Assembly: GCA_964584075.1 (NCBI GenBank)
Contig: CAZOYV010000002.1
Location: forward strand, 3,769-67,768
Direction of reading: 5' to 3'
Source of the DNA: an uncultured Rickettsiales bacterium
GTDB lineage: Bacteria; Myxococcota_A; UBA796; UBA9615; CAYRNR01
Length of the DNA stretch: 64,000 nt
Part shown: one piece after another, positions 34,466 through 48,236 of the stretch
How positions within the stretch are numbered: position 1 is the stretch's first letter
Layout of the letters: each line of letters begins with the position of its first letter
Notes under the pieces: model-generated
Told to the model about the DNA's origin: nothing
The model's input: only the letters and a program-made list of their open reading frames with translations
Databases searched by the model: none
Made by a program: the position numbers and the translations under genes

Positions 34466-36322
34466 TCACCTCCCGGCGATCAGCTCGCGCACCGCGGCGG
34501 CGATCGCCCCGCGGTCGATGCCGGCGTACGCCAGCAGCTCGGCGGGCTGGCCGCTGCGCGGGATGCGCCGCACCGCCAGCGAGCGCAGCGGCACCGGCGC
34601 CTCGCTCAACGCCTCGCGCACCGCGTCGGCGATGCCGCCGGCGGCGGCGTGGTCCTCGACGGTGACGATCCGCCCGGTCTCGTCGGCGGCCCGCCGCAGC
34701 GTCTCGCGATCCACCGGGCGCACGCTGTACAGGTCCACCACCCGGGCCGAGATCCCGTCGCGGTCCAGCTCCTCGTGCGCGGCGAGGGCTTCGTGCAGCG
34801 TCACCCCCGCGGCCACGATCGTCGCCCGGTCGTCGGGCCCGCCGTGGAGCACCCGGGAGCCGCCGACGGCGAACTCGTCGTCGCGGTCGTAGATCACCGG
34901 CGTGGCGTTGCGGGACAACCGCAGGTAGCCGATCCCGGGCTCCCGCGCCAGCAGCTCCACCATCCGGTCCGCCGACACCGCGTCGCAGGGGTACAGCACG
35001 GTGGAGCGCAGCAGCGAGCGGAACAGCGCCAGGTCCTCGAGCCCCATCTGGGACGGGCCGTCCTGGCCGATGGAGACCCCGGCGTGGCTGCCGACGAACT
35101 CGATGGTCGCGTCGGAGTACTGGCACATCCGGATCTGGTCGTGGGCGCGGGTGAGGAACGCCGCGAACGTGGAGACGAACGGCAGCTTGCCCCGGCGGGA
35201 GAGCCCCAGCGCCGCGCCCACCATGTTCTGCTCGGCGACGTACATCTCGAAGAAGCGATCGGCGTGCCCGGCCGCGAAGTGCCTCGCGCGGGTGGAGTCG
35301 CTCACCTCGCCGTCGAGGGCGACCAGCGCGGGGAACGCCGGGAAGATGCGGTGGAGCGCCTTGCCGTAGGCGTCCCGGGTGGCCACCTGCTGGCCGCGCA
35401 CCCAGCCCGGCGCGGCGATCTCCGCCGGCGGGCGGGGCCGGGGCGCGGCGGCGTCGGGCGGGGAGATCTCGCCGCGCAGCGAGGGGTCCACCTCGCCGAT
35501 CTCGGCCAGCGCGCGCTGCAGCTCGTCGCCGTCGGGGGCGGCGCCGTGCCACCCCTCGCGGTCCTCGAGGAACGACACGCCCTTGCCCTTGATCGTGCGG
35601 GCGACGATCATCGCGGGGCGACCGTCGCCGCGCGCCACCTGCTCGTAGGCGTCCACCACGGCGGCCAGGTCGTGGCCGTCCTCGAGGGTCAGGGTGCGCC
35701 AGCCGAAGGCGCCCACGCGCCGCGCGTAGGCGTCGACGTCGTGGCCGTACATCGTCTCGCCGCGCTGGCCCAGGCGGTTGACGTCGAGGACGCCGACGAG
35801 GTTGTCCAGGCCGTGGTGGGCGGCCAGCTGGATCGCCTCCCACTGCGACCCCTCGGTCATCTCGCTGTCCCCCAGCAGCACGTAGGTGCGGTACGGCAGA
35901 TCGTCGATCTCCCGCGCAGCCAGCGCCATCCCCAGGCCCGCGGAGAGGCCCTGGCCCAGCGAGCCGGTGGCCACGTCGACGTAGGGGAAGCGCGGGGTGG
36001 GGTGCCCCTCCAGCGTGCTGTCGAACTCGCGGTAGCCCCGCAGCTCGCTCCGGGCCACCCGGCCCGCCGCGGCCCACAGCGCGTACAGCAGCGGCGTGGC
36101 GTGGCCCTTGGAGAACACCACGCGGTCGTTGCCCGGGTGGTCGGGCCGCTCCGGGTCGTACCGGAAGGTGCCGCCGAAGAACAGCCCGGTGCACAGCTCG
36201 ACGGCCGACAGCCCCGACGTGGGGTGGCCCGAGCCGGCCTCGCTCGTGGCCACCAGGATGTGGCGGCGGATCAGGCGGCACAGCTCGCCCAGGTGGTGGA
36301 GTCGTTCGCCGGTGGTGTCCAT
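34466..36322 (-). CDS. tkt: Transketolase.
   Basis: Real start MDTTGERLHHLGELCRLIRRHILVATSEAGSGHPTSGLSAVE is at 36322 with a GGCGAGGAGGG RBS. 618 aa, with the thiamine diphosphate motif GDSEMTEGSQWEA and transketolase pyrimidine-binding and C-terminal domains. The upstream 360 codons of ORF 34466..37411 were rejected. Confidence 0.9.
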   Translation of the reverse strand: MDTTGERLHHLGELCRLIRRHILVATSEAGSGHPTSGLSAVELCTGLFFGGTFRYDPERPDHPGNDRVVFSKGHATPLLYALWAAAGRVARSELRGYREFDSTLEGHPTPRFPYVDVATGSLGQGLSAGLGMALAAREIDDLPYRTYVLLGDSEMTEGSQWEAIQLAAHHGLDNLVGVLDVNRLGQRGETMYGHDVDAYARRVGAFGWRTLTLEDGHDLAAVVDAYEQVARGDGRPAMIVARTIKGKGVSFLEDREGWHGAAPDGDELQRALAEIGEVDPSLRGEISPPDAAAPRPRPPAEIAAPGWVRGQQVATRDAYGKALHRIFPAFPALVALDGEVSDSTRARHFAAGHADRFFEMYVAEQNMVGAALGLSRRGKLPFVSTFAAFLTRAHDQIRMCQYSDATIEFVGSHAGVSIGQDGPSQMGLEDLALFRSLLRSTVLYPCDAVSADRMVELLAREPGIGYLRLSRNATPVIYDRDDEFAVGGSRVLHGGPDDRATIVAAGVTLHEALAAHEELDRDGISARVVDLYSVRPVDRETLRRAADETGRIVTVEDHAAAGGIADAVREALSEAPVPLRSLAVRRIPRSGQPAELLAYAGIDRGAIAAAVRELIAGR

Positions 36323-36496
36323 GGGGCCCTCCTCGCCGGGTGTGCACGTTCGCCAGGACACCGTCCGAACCGCCGGCCGCCGGTACCATCGGGGAGGCTC
36401 CCAGGGCGGGGTGGTGCCGTTCCCGGAGAAGGGGACGCTCAAAAAAAGACGGCGCCCCCCTTGCGCCTCCGATCGCGGTGCCGAGTGTCGGTCGCC

Positions 36497-37369
36497 ATGG
36501 GAGCACCCTCGTCGGCCCGCCGCGCTCCGCCGGGAGCCGGGGCGACCGCCGCCCGTGCGCGGCGGCTCGCCTCGCTCGCCGTCCTGCCGTGGCTGCTCGC
36601 GGCGGCGCCCGCGGCCCGCTCGCAGGAGCCGGCGGAGCCGCCCGCCGCGGAGAAGGCGGGGAGCGGGGAGGAGCCCGTCGACGAGACCGCGCGGTTCTAC
36701 GTGCGGCGCTGCACCGGCTGCCACACCATCGGCGAGGGAGAGCTCGACGGTCCCGACCTGCAGGACTCCACCACCTGGCCGGTGGCCGACCTGGTGCCCG
36801 CCATCGAGCGGATGGAGAAGAACGTGGGGCCGATGAGCGACGCGCGCGTGACGGCGCTCGCGGAGCTGCTCCAGGACCCCCGGGTGCAGGAGCGCATCGG
36901 GACCGCCGGGGAGCGGCTGGCCGGAGAGCGGGCCGCCGACCTGCCGCCGGCGCGGGCCGAGGCCGGCCGGGCGCTGTTCTTCGGCGAGCGGGCGTTCGCC
37001 GAGGGCGGGCTGGCCTGCGCGGCGTGCCACTCGGCCGAGGGCCGCGGCGGGAACCTCGCCGCCCCGCTGCACGACGCGGCCTCGCGGCTGGGCCACTCCG
37101 CGCTGGTCTCCGCCGGCGCCCGCCCCGGCTACCCGCTGATGAAGGCCAGCTACCGGGACGAGCCGCTGCGCGAGCAGGAGGCGCGCCACGTGGCCGCGTA
37201 CCTGGAGTCGCTGCAGGGGCCGCCGCCCCCCGGCGCCGAGCCGGTGGCCGCCATCGGCTGGTCCGGGACCCTGCTGGCGCTCGCCGCGGTGGGCGCCGGC
37301 GGCCTGGCGGCCCTGCGCCGCGCCAGCGGGGTGAGGCGGCGCCTCGTCGAGCGCGCCAGGAGGAGCTGA
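36497..37369 (+). CDS. narC: Dihaem c-type cytochrome with an N-terminal signal peptide and a C-terminal TM anchor (NarC-like).
   Basis: Two CxxCH motifs (CTGCH, CAACH). Signal peptide RRLASLAVLPWLLAAAPAARS. C-terminal hydrophobic helix AAIGWSGTLLALAAVGAGGLAAL. Its stop sits 1 nt before the narG ATG. The arrangement resembles Thermus thermophilus narCGHJI. The RBS is weak, so the start is uncertain. Confidence 0.7.
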   Translation: MGAPSSARRAPPGAGATAARARRLASLAVLPWLLAAAPAARSQEPAEPPAAEKAGSGEEPVDETARFYVRRCTGCHTIGEGELDGPDLQDSTTWPVADLVPAIERMEKNVGPMSDARVTALAELLQDPRVQERIGTAGERLAGERAADLPPARAEAGRALFFGERAFAEGGLACAACHSAEGRGGNLAAPLHDAASRLGHSALVSAGARPGYPLMKASYRDEPLREQEARHVAAYLESLQGPPPPGAEPVAAIGWSGTLLALAAVGAGGLAALRRASGVRRRLVERARRS

Positions 37370-37370
37370 G

Positions 37371-41006
<3,636 letters not shown>

Positions 41007-41026
41007 CCGCCGCGAGCCGGAGGACG

Positions 41027-42519
<1,493 letters not shown>

Positions 42520-42523
<4 letters not shown>

Positions 42524-43059
42524 GCCGGCCCGACCCCAGGACGGCCGTGGCGGCGCTCGCCGGGCTGCTGCGCTACCCGGACGGCTCGCTCGAGGGCCGC
42601 GTCCGCGACGCGCGCGCGAGCGTCGGGACGGTCGACGCCGGGCTCGCGGGCGCCCTCGACCGCTTCGTGGACGAGACGAGGCGGCTGGGCCCGGCGAGGC
42701 ACGAGGAGCTGTACACCCGCACCTTCGACCTCTCGCCGTCGTGCGTGCCGTACCTGTCGGTGTACCTGTTCGGCGCCGGCAGCCTGGAGCGAGGCCGGCT
42801 GATGTCGGGCCTCGCCGGGGCCTACCGCCGCACGGGCCACGACCCGGGCGGCGAGCTGCCCGACCACGTCGCGGTGGTGCTGGCGTGGGCGCCCCGGGCC
42901 CCCCGCGAGGAGTGGCGGGAGCTGGTGGACCATGCGCTGCGGGGTCCGCTGCGGCAGATGGGCAGGACCCTCGAGGAGGCAGGCAACCCCTACCGCCACC
43001 TGCTGGCCGCGGCGGCGACGGCGGTGGAGCTCGCCCGCGGGGGGGGCGGCGATGGCTGA
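42520..43059 (+). CDS. narJ: Nitrate reductase assembly chaperone NarJ.
   Basis: Start overlaps the narH stop as ATGA, with a GCGGAGG RBS. 179 aa with a NarJ/TorD-like fold motif (ELYTRTFDLSPSCVPYLSVYLFG). Confidence 0.8.
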
Positions 43060-44371
43060 GACCTTCCTGTTCGTGGGCATGCCCTACCTGGCCGTGGTGT
43101 TCCTGATCCTCGGCTCGTACCTGCGCTACCGGTCCGACCGCTTCGGGTTCTCGGCGCTGTCGTCGCAGATCCTCGAGAGCCGCCTGCTGCCGTGGGGTTC
43201 GATCCCGTGGCACGCCGGGATCCTGATCGTGCTGGTGGGGCACCTGCTGCCGCTGCTGGCCCCGGGCCCCTGGCAGGCGCTGGTGTCCGAGCACGCGGTC
43301 CTGGTGGTGGTGGAGGCCGTGGGGCTGGGTGCGGCCCTGGCCGCGGGCATCGGGCTGACCCTGCTGCTGGTGCGCCGCGTGCTCGGCGCCCCGCTGCAGC
43401 GGGTGACCTCGGTGCTGGACCTGGTCGTGGTGGGCCTGCTGCTGGCCCAGGTCGCGCTGGGCATCGGCGTGGCCCACGCCCACCGCTGGGGGGCCTCGTG
43501 GTCGGCGGGGACCACCACGCCGTACCTGTGGAGCTTGCTGACGCTGCAGCCGCGGCCGGCGCTGGTCACCGGCCTGCCGGCGCTGGTCCAGGTCCACCTC
43601 GTCGTCGCCTGGCTGATCTTCCTGCTGGTCCCGTTCTCGCGGCTGGTCCACCTGTTCTCGATCCCCGTCGGCTACCTGGTGCGCCCGTACCTGAAGGTGA
43701 TCTGGGCCAGCCGGCGTCGGCTCGACCTCGCGGTCGAGGAGCACCCTCCCGACGCCGGCCGGCGCCTGCTGGTCCAGGGCCTGGCGGGGGCGGGCGCCGC
43801 GGTCGCCCTGCTGGGGGTGGGCGTCGCCGAGAAGCTGCTGGGGTTCTTCTCGGGACCGGAGATGTCGCTCCGGGAGGAGGCCGATCTGCTGGGCCGCAAG
43901 ATCGAGCGGCTGGAGCAGACCGCGCAGCAGCGGGAGCTCCAGCTCGAGCGGCTGCACTCGGAGCGGATCCTCGTGGCCCGCCTGGGCGACCTGTCCCCGA
44001 CGGAGGGGCACTACTTCATCGACTACGAGATGCGGCCGGCCCTGGCGTTCCGCGGCCCGGACGGCCTGCCGCTGCTGATCTCGGCGGAGTGCACCCACCT
44101 GGGCTGCACCGTGTCCCGCGAGGTGGACTCCCGCGGACGGCTGTTCTGTCCGTGCCACGTCTCCTACTTCGATCTGGAGACCGGCGAGCCGGAGCCGGGG
44201 TCGCCCGCCGACGCGCCGCTGCCCCGCATCGGCTGGGAGCTCGTCGACGCCGGCGGCGAGACGGTGGCGTCGGCGCGCCCCGGCGGGCCGGTGACCGGCG
44301 ACGTGGACCCGCAGGCCCTGGAGGGCCACGACGTGTACATCGCGCGGCGCTTCGCCGGGGGGCCGGTCTGA
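43052..44371 (+). CDS. narI: Fusion protein: nitrate reductase gamma subunit NarI (dihaem b, 5 TM) fused at its C-terminus to a Rieske [2Fe-2S] protein.
   Basis: Residues 1-225 are NarI-like (MAETFLFVGMPYLAVVFLILGSYLRYR..., with His ligands such as WHAGILIVLVGHLL and VQVHLVVAWLIFLLVPFSRLVHLFSIPVGYLVRPY). The frame continues without a stop into an RR-containing TM linker (RRLLVQGLAGAGAAVALLGVGVA) and a Rieske domain with box I CTHLGC and box II CPCHVS. The fusion is a single uninterrupted 439-aa ORF. Confidence 0.8.
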   Translation: MAETFLFVGMPYLAVVFLILGSYLRYRSDRFGFSALSSQILESRLLPWGSIPWHAGILIVLVGHLLPLLAPGPWQALVSEHAVLVVVEAVGLGAALAAGIGLTLLLVRRVLGAPLQRVTSVLDLVVVGLLLAQVALGIGVAHAHRWGASWSAGTTTPYLWSLLTLQPRPALVTGLPALVQVHLVVAWLIFLLVPFSRLVHLFSIPVGYLVRPYLKVIWASRRRLDLAVEEHPPDAGRRLLVQGLAGAGAAVALLGVGVAEKLLGFFSGPEMSLREEADLLGRKIERLEQTAQQRELQLERLHSERILVARLGDLSPTEGHYFIDYEMRPALAFRGPDGLPLLISAECTHLGCTVSREVDSRGRLFCPCHVSYFDLETGEPEPGSPADAPLPRIGWELVDAGGETVASARPGGPVTGDVDPQALEGHDVYIARRFAGGPV

Positions 44372-45459
44372 TGGGTCGGCTCGCGGGCTGGCTGGGGGAG
44401 CGCTTGCCGCTGCAGCGGCTGAGCTGGCAGACGCTCGTCGAGGACAAGGAGGTCCCGCGGCACCGCTTCAGCTGGGCCTACTACCTCGGCGGGCTGGCCC
44501 TGTTCGCGTTCGCGATCCAGCTCGTGACCGGGCTGATGCTGCTGTTCTACTACGAGCCGACGGTCTCCGACGCCCACGCGTCCATCGACCACATCTCGCA
44601 CCACGTCCCCGGCGGCTTCCTGGTGCGCAACCTGCACACCTGGACCGCGTCGGCGATGGTGCTGTTCGTGCTGCTGCACCTGCTGACCACGTTCGCGATG
44701 AAGGCCTTCGACCGGCCGCGCGAGCTGACCTGGCTGACCGGGATCGTGCTGCTGCTGGTGACCTTCGGCTTCGGCTTCACCGGCTACCTGCTGCCGTGGC
44801 ACCAGGTGGCGGTCAACGCGACCAAGGTCGTGCTGCAGTCCATCGAGGAGGTCGGGCGCTACCTGCCCGGCTCGCTGGCGGAGCTCCCGGCGCAGCTGGC
44901 GGAGCTGATCCAGGGCGGCCCGTCGGTGGGCCAGTCCACCCTGTCGCGGTTCTACGCGCTCCACGTCGTGGTGCTGCCGCTGGTCGTGCTCGCGACGCTG
45001 GCCGTGCACCTGCTGGTGGTGCAGCTCCACGGGATGTCGCCCGGCGTGGACCGGCCCACCGGCCGCGCCGACCGGTTCTTCCCGTTCTTCGTGCTCGAGG
45101 ACCTCTCGCTGTGGGGCGCGGTGTTCCTGGTGCTGTTCGCGCTGGCGCTGCTGGTGCCGTTCGAGGCGCTGTACTCCTACCCCCTGTTCGCGGCCTACGA
45201 GCCGATGGGCGCGACGCCGGACGGGATCAAGCCCGAGTGGTACTTCTACTGGATCTACTACCCGCTGGAGCTGCTGCCGTTCTGGCTCGTGACCCTGGCG
45301 GCCGGCGCCGCCCTGGCGGTGATCGTGGCGTCCCCGTGGATCTTCCGCCGCACCGGCCGGCGCACGGCGGCCATCCTCGCCGCCGGCGCCGGGGCGTACC
45401 TGCTCGTGATGACCGCGCTCGGCCAGCGGATCCACGAGCTGTTCCGGGGGGGTGGCTGA
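44371..45459 (+). CDS. Cytochrome b of the bc/b6f type (b6 plus subunit-IV-like fused, 362 aa).
   Basis: Start overlaps the fusion-gene stop as TGATG. Haem-ligand His region ...SIDHISHHVPGGFLVRNLHTWTASAMVLFVLLHLL. Motifs TGYLLPWHQ and PEWYFYWIYYPLE are characteristic of cyt b6/subunit IV. Confidence 0.85.
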   Translation: MGRLAGWLGERLPLQRLSWQTLVEDKEVPRHRFSWAYYLGGLALFAFAIQLVTGLMLLFYYEPTVSDAHASIDHISHHVPGGFLVRNLHTWTASAMVLFVLLHLLTTFAMKAFDRPRELTWLTGIVLLLVTFGFGFTGYLLPWHQVAVNATKVVLQSIEEVGRYLPGSLAELPAQLAELIQGGPSVGQSTLSRFYALHVVVLPLVVLATLAVHLLVVQLHGMSPGVDRPTGRADRFFPFFVLEDLSLWGAVFLVLFALALLVPFEALYSYPLFAAYEPMGATPDGIKPEWYFYWIYYPLELLPFWLVTLAAGAALAVIVASPWIFRRTGRRTAAILAAGAGAYLLVMTALGQRIHELFRGGG

Positions 45460-46082
45460 TGCGCGTGCTCGCCACCGCGATCGTGCTGCTGCTCGCCACG
45501 CCGGCCGGGGCCCACCCGGAGTTCGAGGCGTGGATCGAGCAGCGCTCCGGCGCGTGGGTCGACTGCGCGATGTGCCACACCCACCCGGAGGGGCCGGAGG
45601 GGGTCAAGCCGGGCCAGATCCGAAGCCTCGGTCCGGACGAGCTCGACGCTCTCAACCGCGCGCGGAGCGCATTCGAGCCGGGCGCGGGGGTGGACAGTCC
45701 GATCCTCAACGACTTCGGCGACCGGATGCTCGACGAGCTGGGCAAGACCGAGATCCTGCGGCTGCGCCACGAGGACCCGGGCCAGGTGGCCGAGGCGCTC
45801 GGGGCCGAGGGCGACCTCGACGGCGACGGGATCGCCGACGCCCGGGAGTACCTCGACGGCACCCACCCCCTCGACGCGCACAGCGGCGAGCCGCTGGCGC
45901 TGGCCCGGCAGCGGCTGCGCGACCGCACCTTCGACCTGCTGATGATCGTGCTGGCCACCCTCGCCGGGGTGTGGGGCCTCAACCGGCTGATCTCGTCCCG
46001 GCGGGCCGGCCCCGGCGGAGGGGCCGCGACGCCGCGCGACGCCGCGCAGACGTCGTCGCGCGAGGGCAGGAGCGCGAGGTGA
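45459..46082 (+). CDS. Membrane-anchored monohaem c-type cytochrome.
   Basis: Start overlaps the cyt b stop as TGATG. Signal peptide MRVLATAIVLLLATPAGA. Single CAMCH haem-binding motif. Asp/Gly-rich Ca-binding-like motif DLDGDGIADAREYLDGTHPLD. C-terminal TM helix LLMIVLATLAGVWGL. Confidence 0.6.
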   Translation: MRVLATAIVLLLATPAGAHPEFEAWIEQRSGAWVDCAMCHTHPEGPEGVKPGQIRSLGPDELDALNRARSAFEPGAGVDSPILNDFGDRMLDELGKTEILRLRHEDPGQVAEALGAEGDLDGDGIADAREYLDGTHPLDAHSGEPLALARQRLRDRTFDLLMIVLATLAGVWGLNRLISSRRAGPGGGAATPRDAAQTSSREGRSAR

Positions 46083-47389
46083 GCGGCTCCTTCCGCGGTA
46101 CGCCCCGTTCGGGCCTGATCGGCGCCACGCTGGGGTTCTTCGTCGGCTTCGCCGCGGTGGCGCTGTTCGGCCCCACGGCGCGGCGCTTCCAGGAGGTGAT
46201 GGAGCTGACGCCGCTGATGGTCGGCTTCCTGGTGGCGATGCCGGCGCTCTCGGGCTCGATCCTGCGCATCCCGTTCTCGGCCTGGGTCGACACCACGGGG
46301 GGCCGCAAGCCGTTCCTGGTGCTGCTGGCGCTGTCCGTGGTGGGGATGGCCGGGGTGCTCGCCGTGGTGTGGCTGCTGTACCCCGACCGCCTGACCGCCG
46401 CGACCTACCCCCTGCTGCTGCTGCTGGGGGTGCTCTGCGGCTGCGGCATCGCCACCTTCTCGGTGGGCATCAGCCAGGTCTCCTACTGGTACCCGCAGGG
46501 CTCGCAGGGCCGGGTGCTGGCGATCTTCGCGGGCTTCGGCAACGTCGCCCCGGGGATCTTCTCGTTCCTGATCCCGGTGGCCCTGGGCAGCATCGGCCTG
46601 GCCGGCTCGTACCTGGCCTGGCTGGCCTTCCTCGCCGCCGGCACCGCCGTGTACGTCCTCACCGGGCGCAACGCCTGGTACTTCCAGCTCCGCCGCCGCG
46701 GCCTGGATGACGCCGCGGCGCGCGAGCGGGCCCGGGAGCAGGGCCAGGAGCTGTTCCCGGCCGGCAGCCTGCGGGAGAGCCTCGCCCGCTCCGCCCGCGT
46801 GTGGCGCACGTGGGCGCTGGTGGCGGTCTACTTCACGACGTTCGGCGGGTTCATCGCGATGACCGCCTGGCTGCCGACCTACTGGACCGAACTGCACGGC
46901 ACGCCGGAGCTCACCGCCGGCCTGCTCACCGGCGTGTACTCGATCCTGGCGTCGCTGATCCGGATCCCCGGCGGCTTCCTGGCCGACGCCCGGGGCGGCG
47001 CGATCACCGGCGCGGTGGCGCTCGTGGTGCTCCTCGCCGGCGCGCTGGTGGCGAGCCTCTCCGCCGGACTGGGGCCGGCCGTCGCCGGGATCGTGCTGAT
47101 GGCCATCGGCATGGGCGTGACCAACGCCGCGGTGTTCAAGCTCGTCCCCCAGGTCGTCCCCGACGCCGTCGGCGGAGCCGTGGGCTGGGTCGGCGGCCTC
47201 GGCGCCTTCGGCGGCTTCGCGATCCCCCCGGTCCTGGGCTGGGCGGTCCGCGCCTGGGGAGACGCCGGCTACGCCCGCGGCTACCTGGTGTTCGTGGCGC
47301 TGGCGGCGCTGTCGCTGGGGATGGTGTGGCTGGCGCGGCGCGGCCTGCGGACCCAGGCCTCCCCGGGAGGACGCGCGGACGAGGGATGA
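46079..47389 (+). CDS. narK: MFS nitrate/nitrite transporter.
   Basis: GTG start overlaps the upstream stop as GTGA, with an AGGAG RBS. 12-TM MFS with a NarK-like Gly-rich signature (GFGNVAPGIFSFL, GGLGAFGGFAIPPVLG). Confidence 0.8.
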   Translation: MSGSFRGTPRSGLIGATLGFFVGFAAVALFGPTARRFQEVMELTPLMVGFLVAMPALSGSILRIPFSAWVDTTGGRKPFLVLLALSVVGMAGVLAVVWLLYPDRLTAATYPLLLLLGVLCGCGIATFSVGISQVSYWYPQGSQGRVLAIFAGFGNVAPGIFSFLIPVALGSIGLAGSYLAWLAFLAAGTAVYVLTGRNAWYFQLRRRGLDDAAARERAREQGQELFPAGSLRESLARSARVWRTWALVAVYFTTFGGFIAMTAWLPTYWTELHGTPELTAGLLTGVYSILASLIRIPGGFLADARGGAITGAVALVVLLAGALVASLSAGLGPAVAGIVLMAIGMGVTNAAVFKLVPQVVPDAVGGAVGWVGGLGAFGGFAIPPVLGWAVRAWGDAGYARGYLVFVALAALSLGMVWLARRGLRTQASPGGRADEG

Positions 47390-47504
47390 GGAGAGTCCCG
47401 GACCCTGGAGCGCGAGTCTGGAGAGGCGCCGGGCCCGGGGATCTGGGCGCCGGAGCCCGGCGGCGAGCGCGGCGGCGGGGAGGGGGACCTGCCGCCGGAG
47501 GGGA

Positions 47505-48170
47505 TCAGGCCTCCGTCTCCGTGCGGCCCCGGATCATCGTCAGCGCGTGGCGCCAGCGGCCCTCGCGGAGCCCGGGGATGCACCACAGCATGCACAGCGG
47601 CTCGATGGCGCGGGCCGACTCCTTGCCCCCCATGTCCTCGATGTCCCAGCCGAACTGCACCAGGACCTCCCGCACCTGGGACTTGGCCGCGTCGTCGTCG
47701 CCGCAGATGAACATCGTGGGCTGCCAGCCGCCGAGGTCCGGGTCGACGAAGTAGGCGTTGCCGACGCAGGAGAACGCCTTGACGAAGCGCGCCTCCGGCG
47801 CCGCCTCCTGCAGCCGCTCCATCAGCGAGTGGTTGATGTCGGTGAAGTACCGCAGCACGCCGTTGTCGGCCGGCTCCTCGGCGATGGGGTTGGTGGTGTC
47901 GATCACGGTCTTGCCGGCGAGGGCCTCGGGGCCACACAGCGCCAGCGCCTGCTCCGCCGCCCGCCCCTGGACCGCCAGCACCACCAGGTCGCCCCAGGCC
48001 GCCGCCTCGGCGAAGGTGCCCGTGCGCGCCCTGGCTCCCGCGGCCGCGTCCCAGTCGTCCAGCTTTCGGGGGTCCCGCGACGATCGCATCACCTCGTACC
48101 CGCGGTCGAGGAACCCCGCCGCGAGGGCCTCGCTGACCACGCCCGAGCCGATGATCCCGATCTTGCTCAT
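47505..48170 (-). CDS. NADP oxidoreductase of the F420-dependent family (Npd/P5CR-like dinucleotide-binding protein).
   Basis: MSKIGIIGSGVVSEALAAGF is a Rossmann GxGxxG motif. 221 aa. GGAGGAGA RBS. Confidence 0.7.
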   Translation of the reverse strand: MSKIGIIGSGVVSEALAAGFLDRGYEVMRSSRDPRKLDDWDAAAGARARTGTFAEAAAWGDLVVLAVQGRAAEQALALCGPEALAGKTVIDTTNPIAEEPADNGVLRYFTDINHSLMERLQEAAPEARFVKAFSCVGNAYFVDPDLGGWQPTMFICGDDDAAKSQVREVLVQFGWDIEDMGGKESARAIEPLCMLWCIPGLREGRWRHALTMIRGRTETEA

Positions 48171-48236
48171 GTCTCCTCCTGACCGACGCCGCCAGCGCGG
48201 ACGAGGGGCGTCGCTTATTAGATTCCACCAATCAAT

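Noticed and set aside
33572-34665. Minus ORF 33572..34198 and plus ORF 33634..34665.
   Set aside because: They overlap the FHA-like gene and the sigma factor 3' end. Their translations are antisense-like (VGRVAVDPHLQVQ...). The minus-strand 33799..34323 frame has an RBS and a domain-like pattern, so it was preferred.
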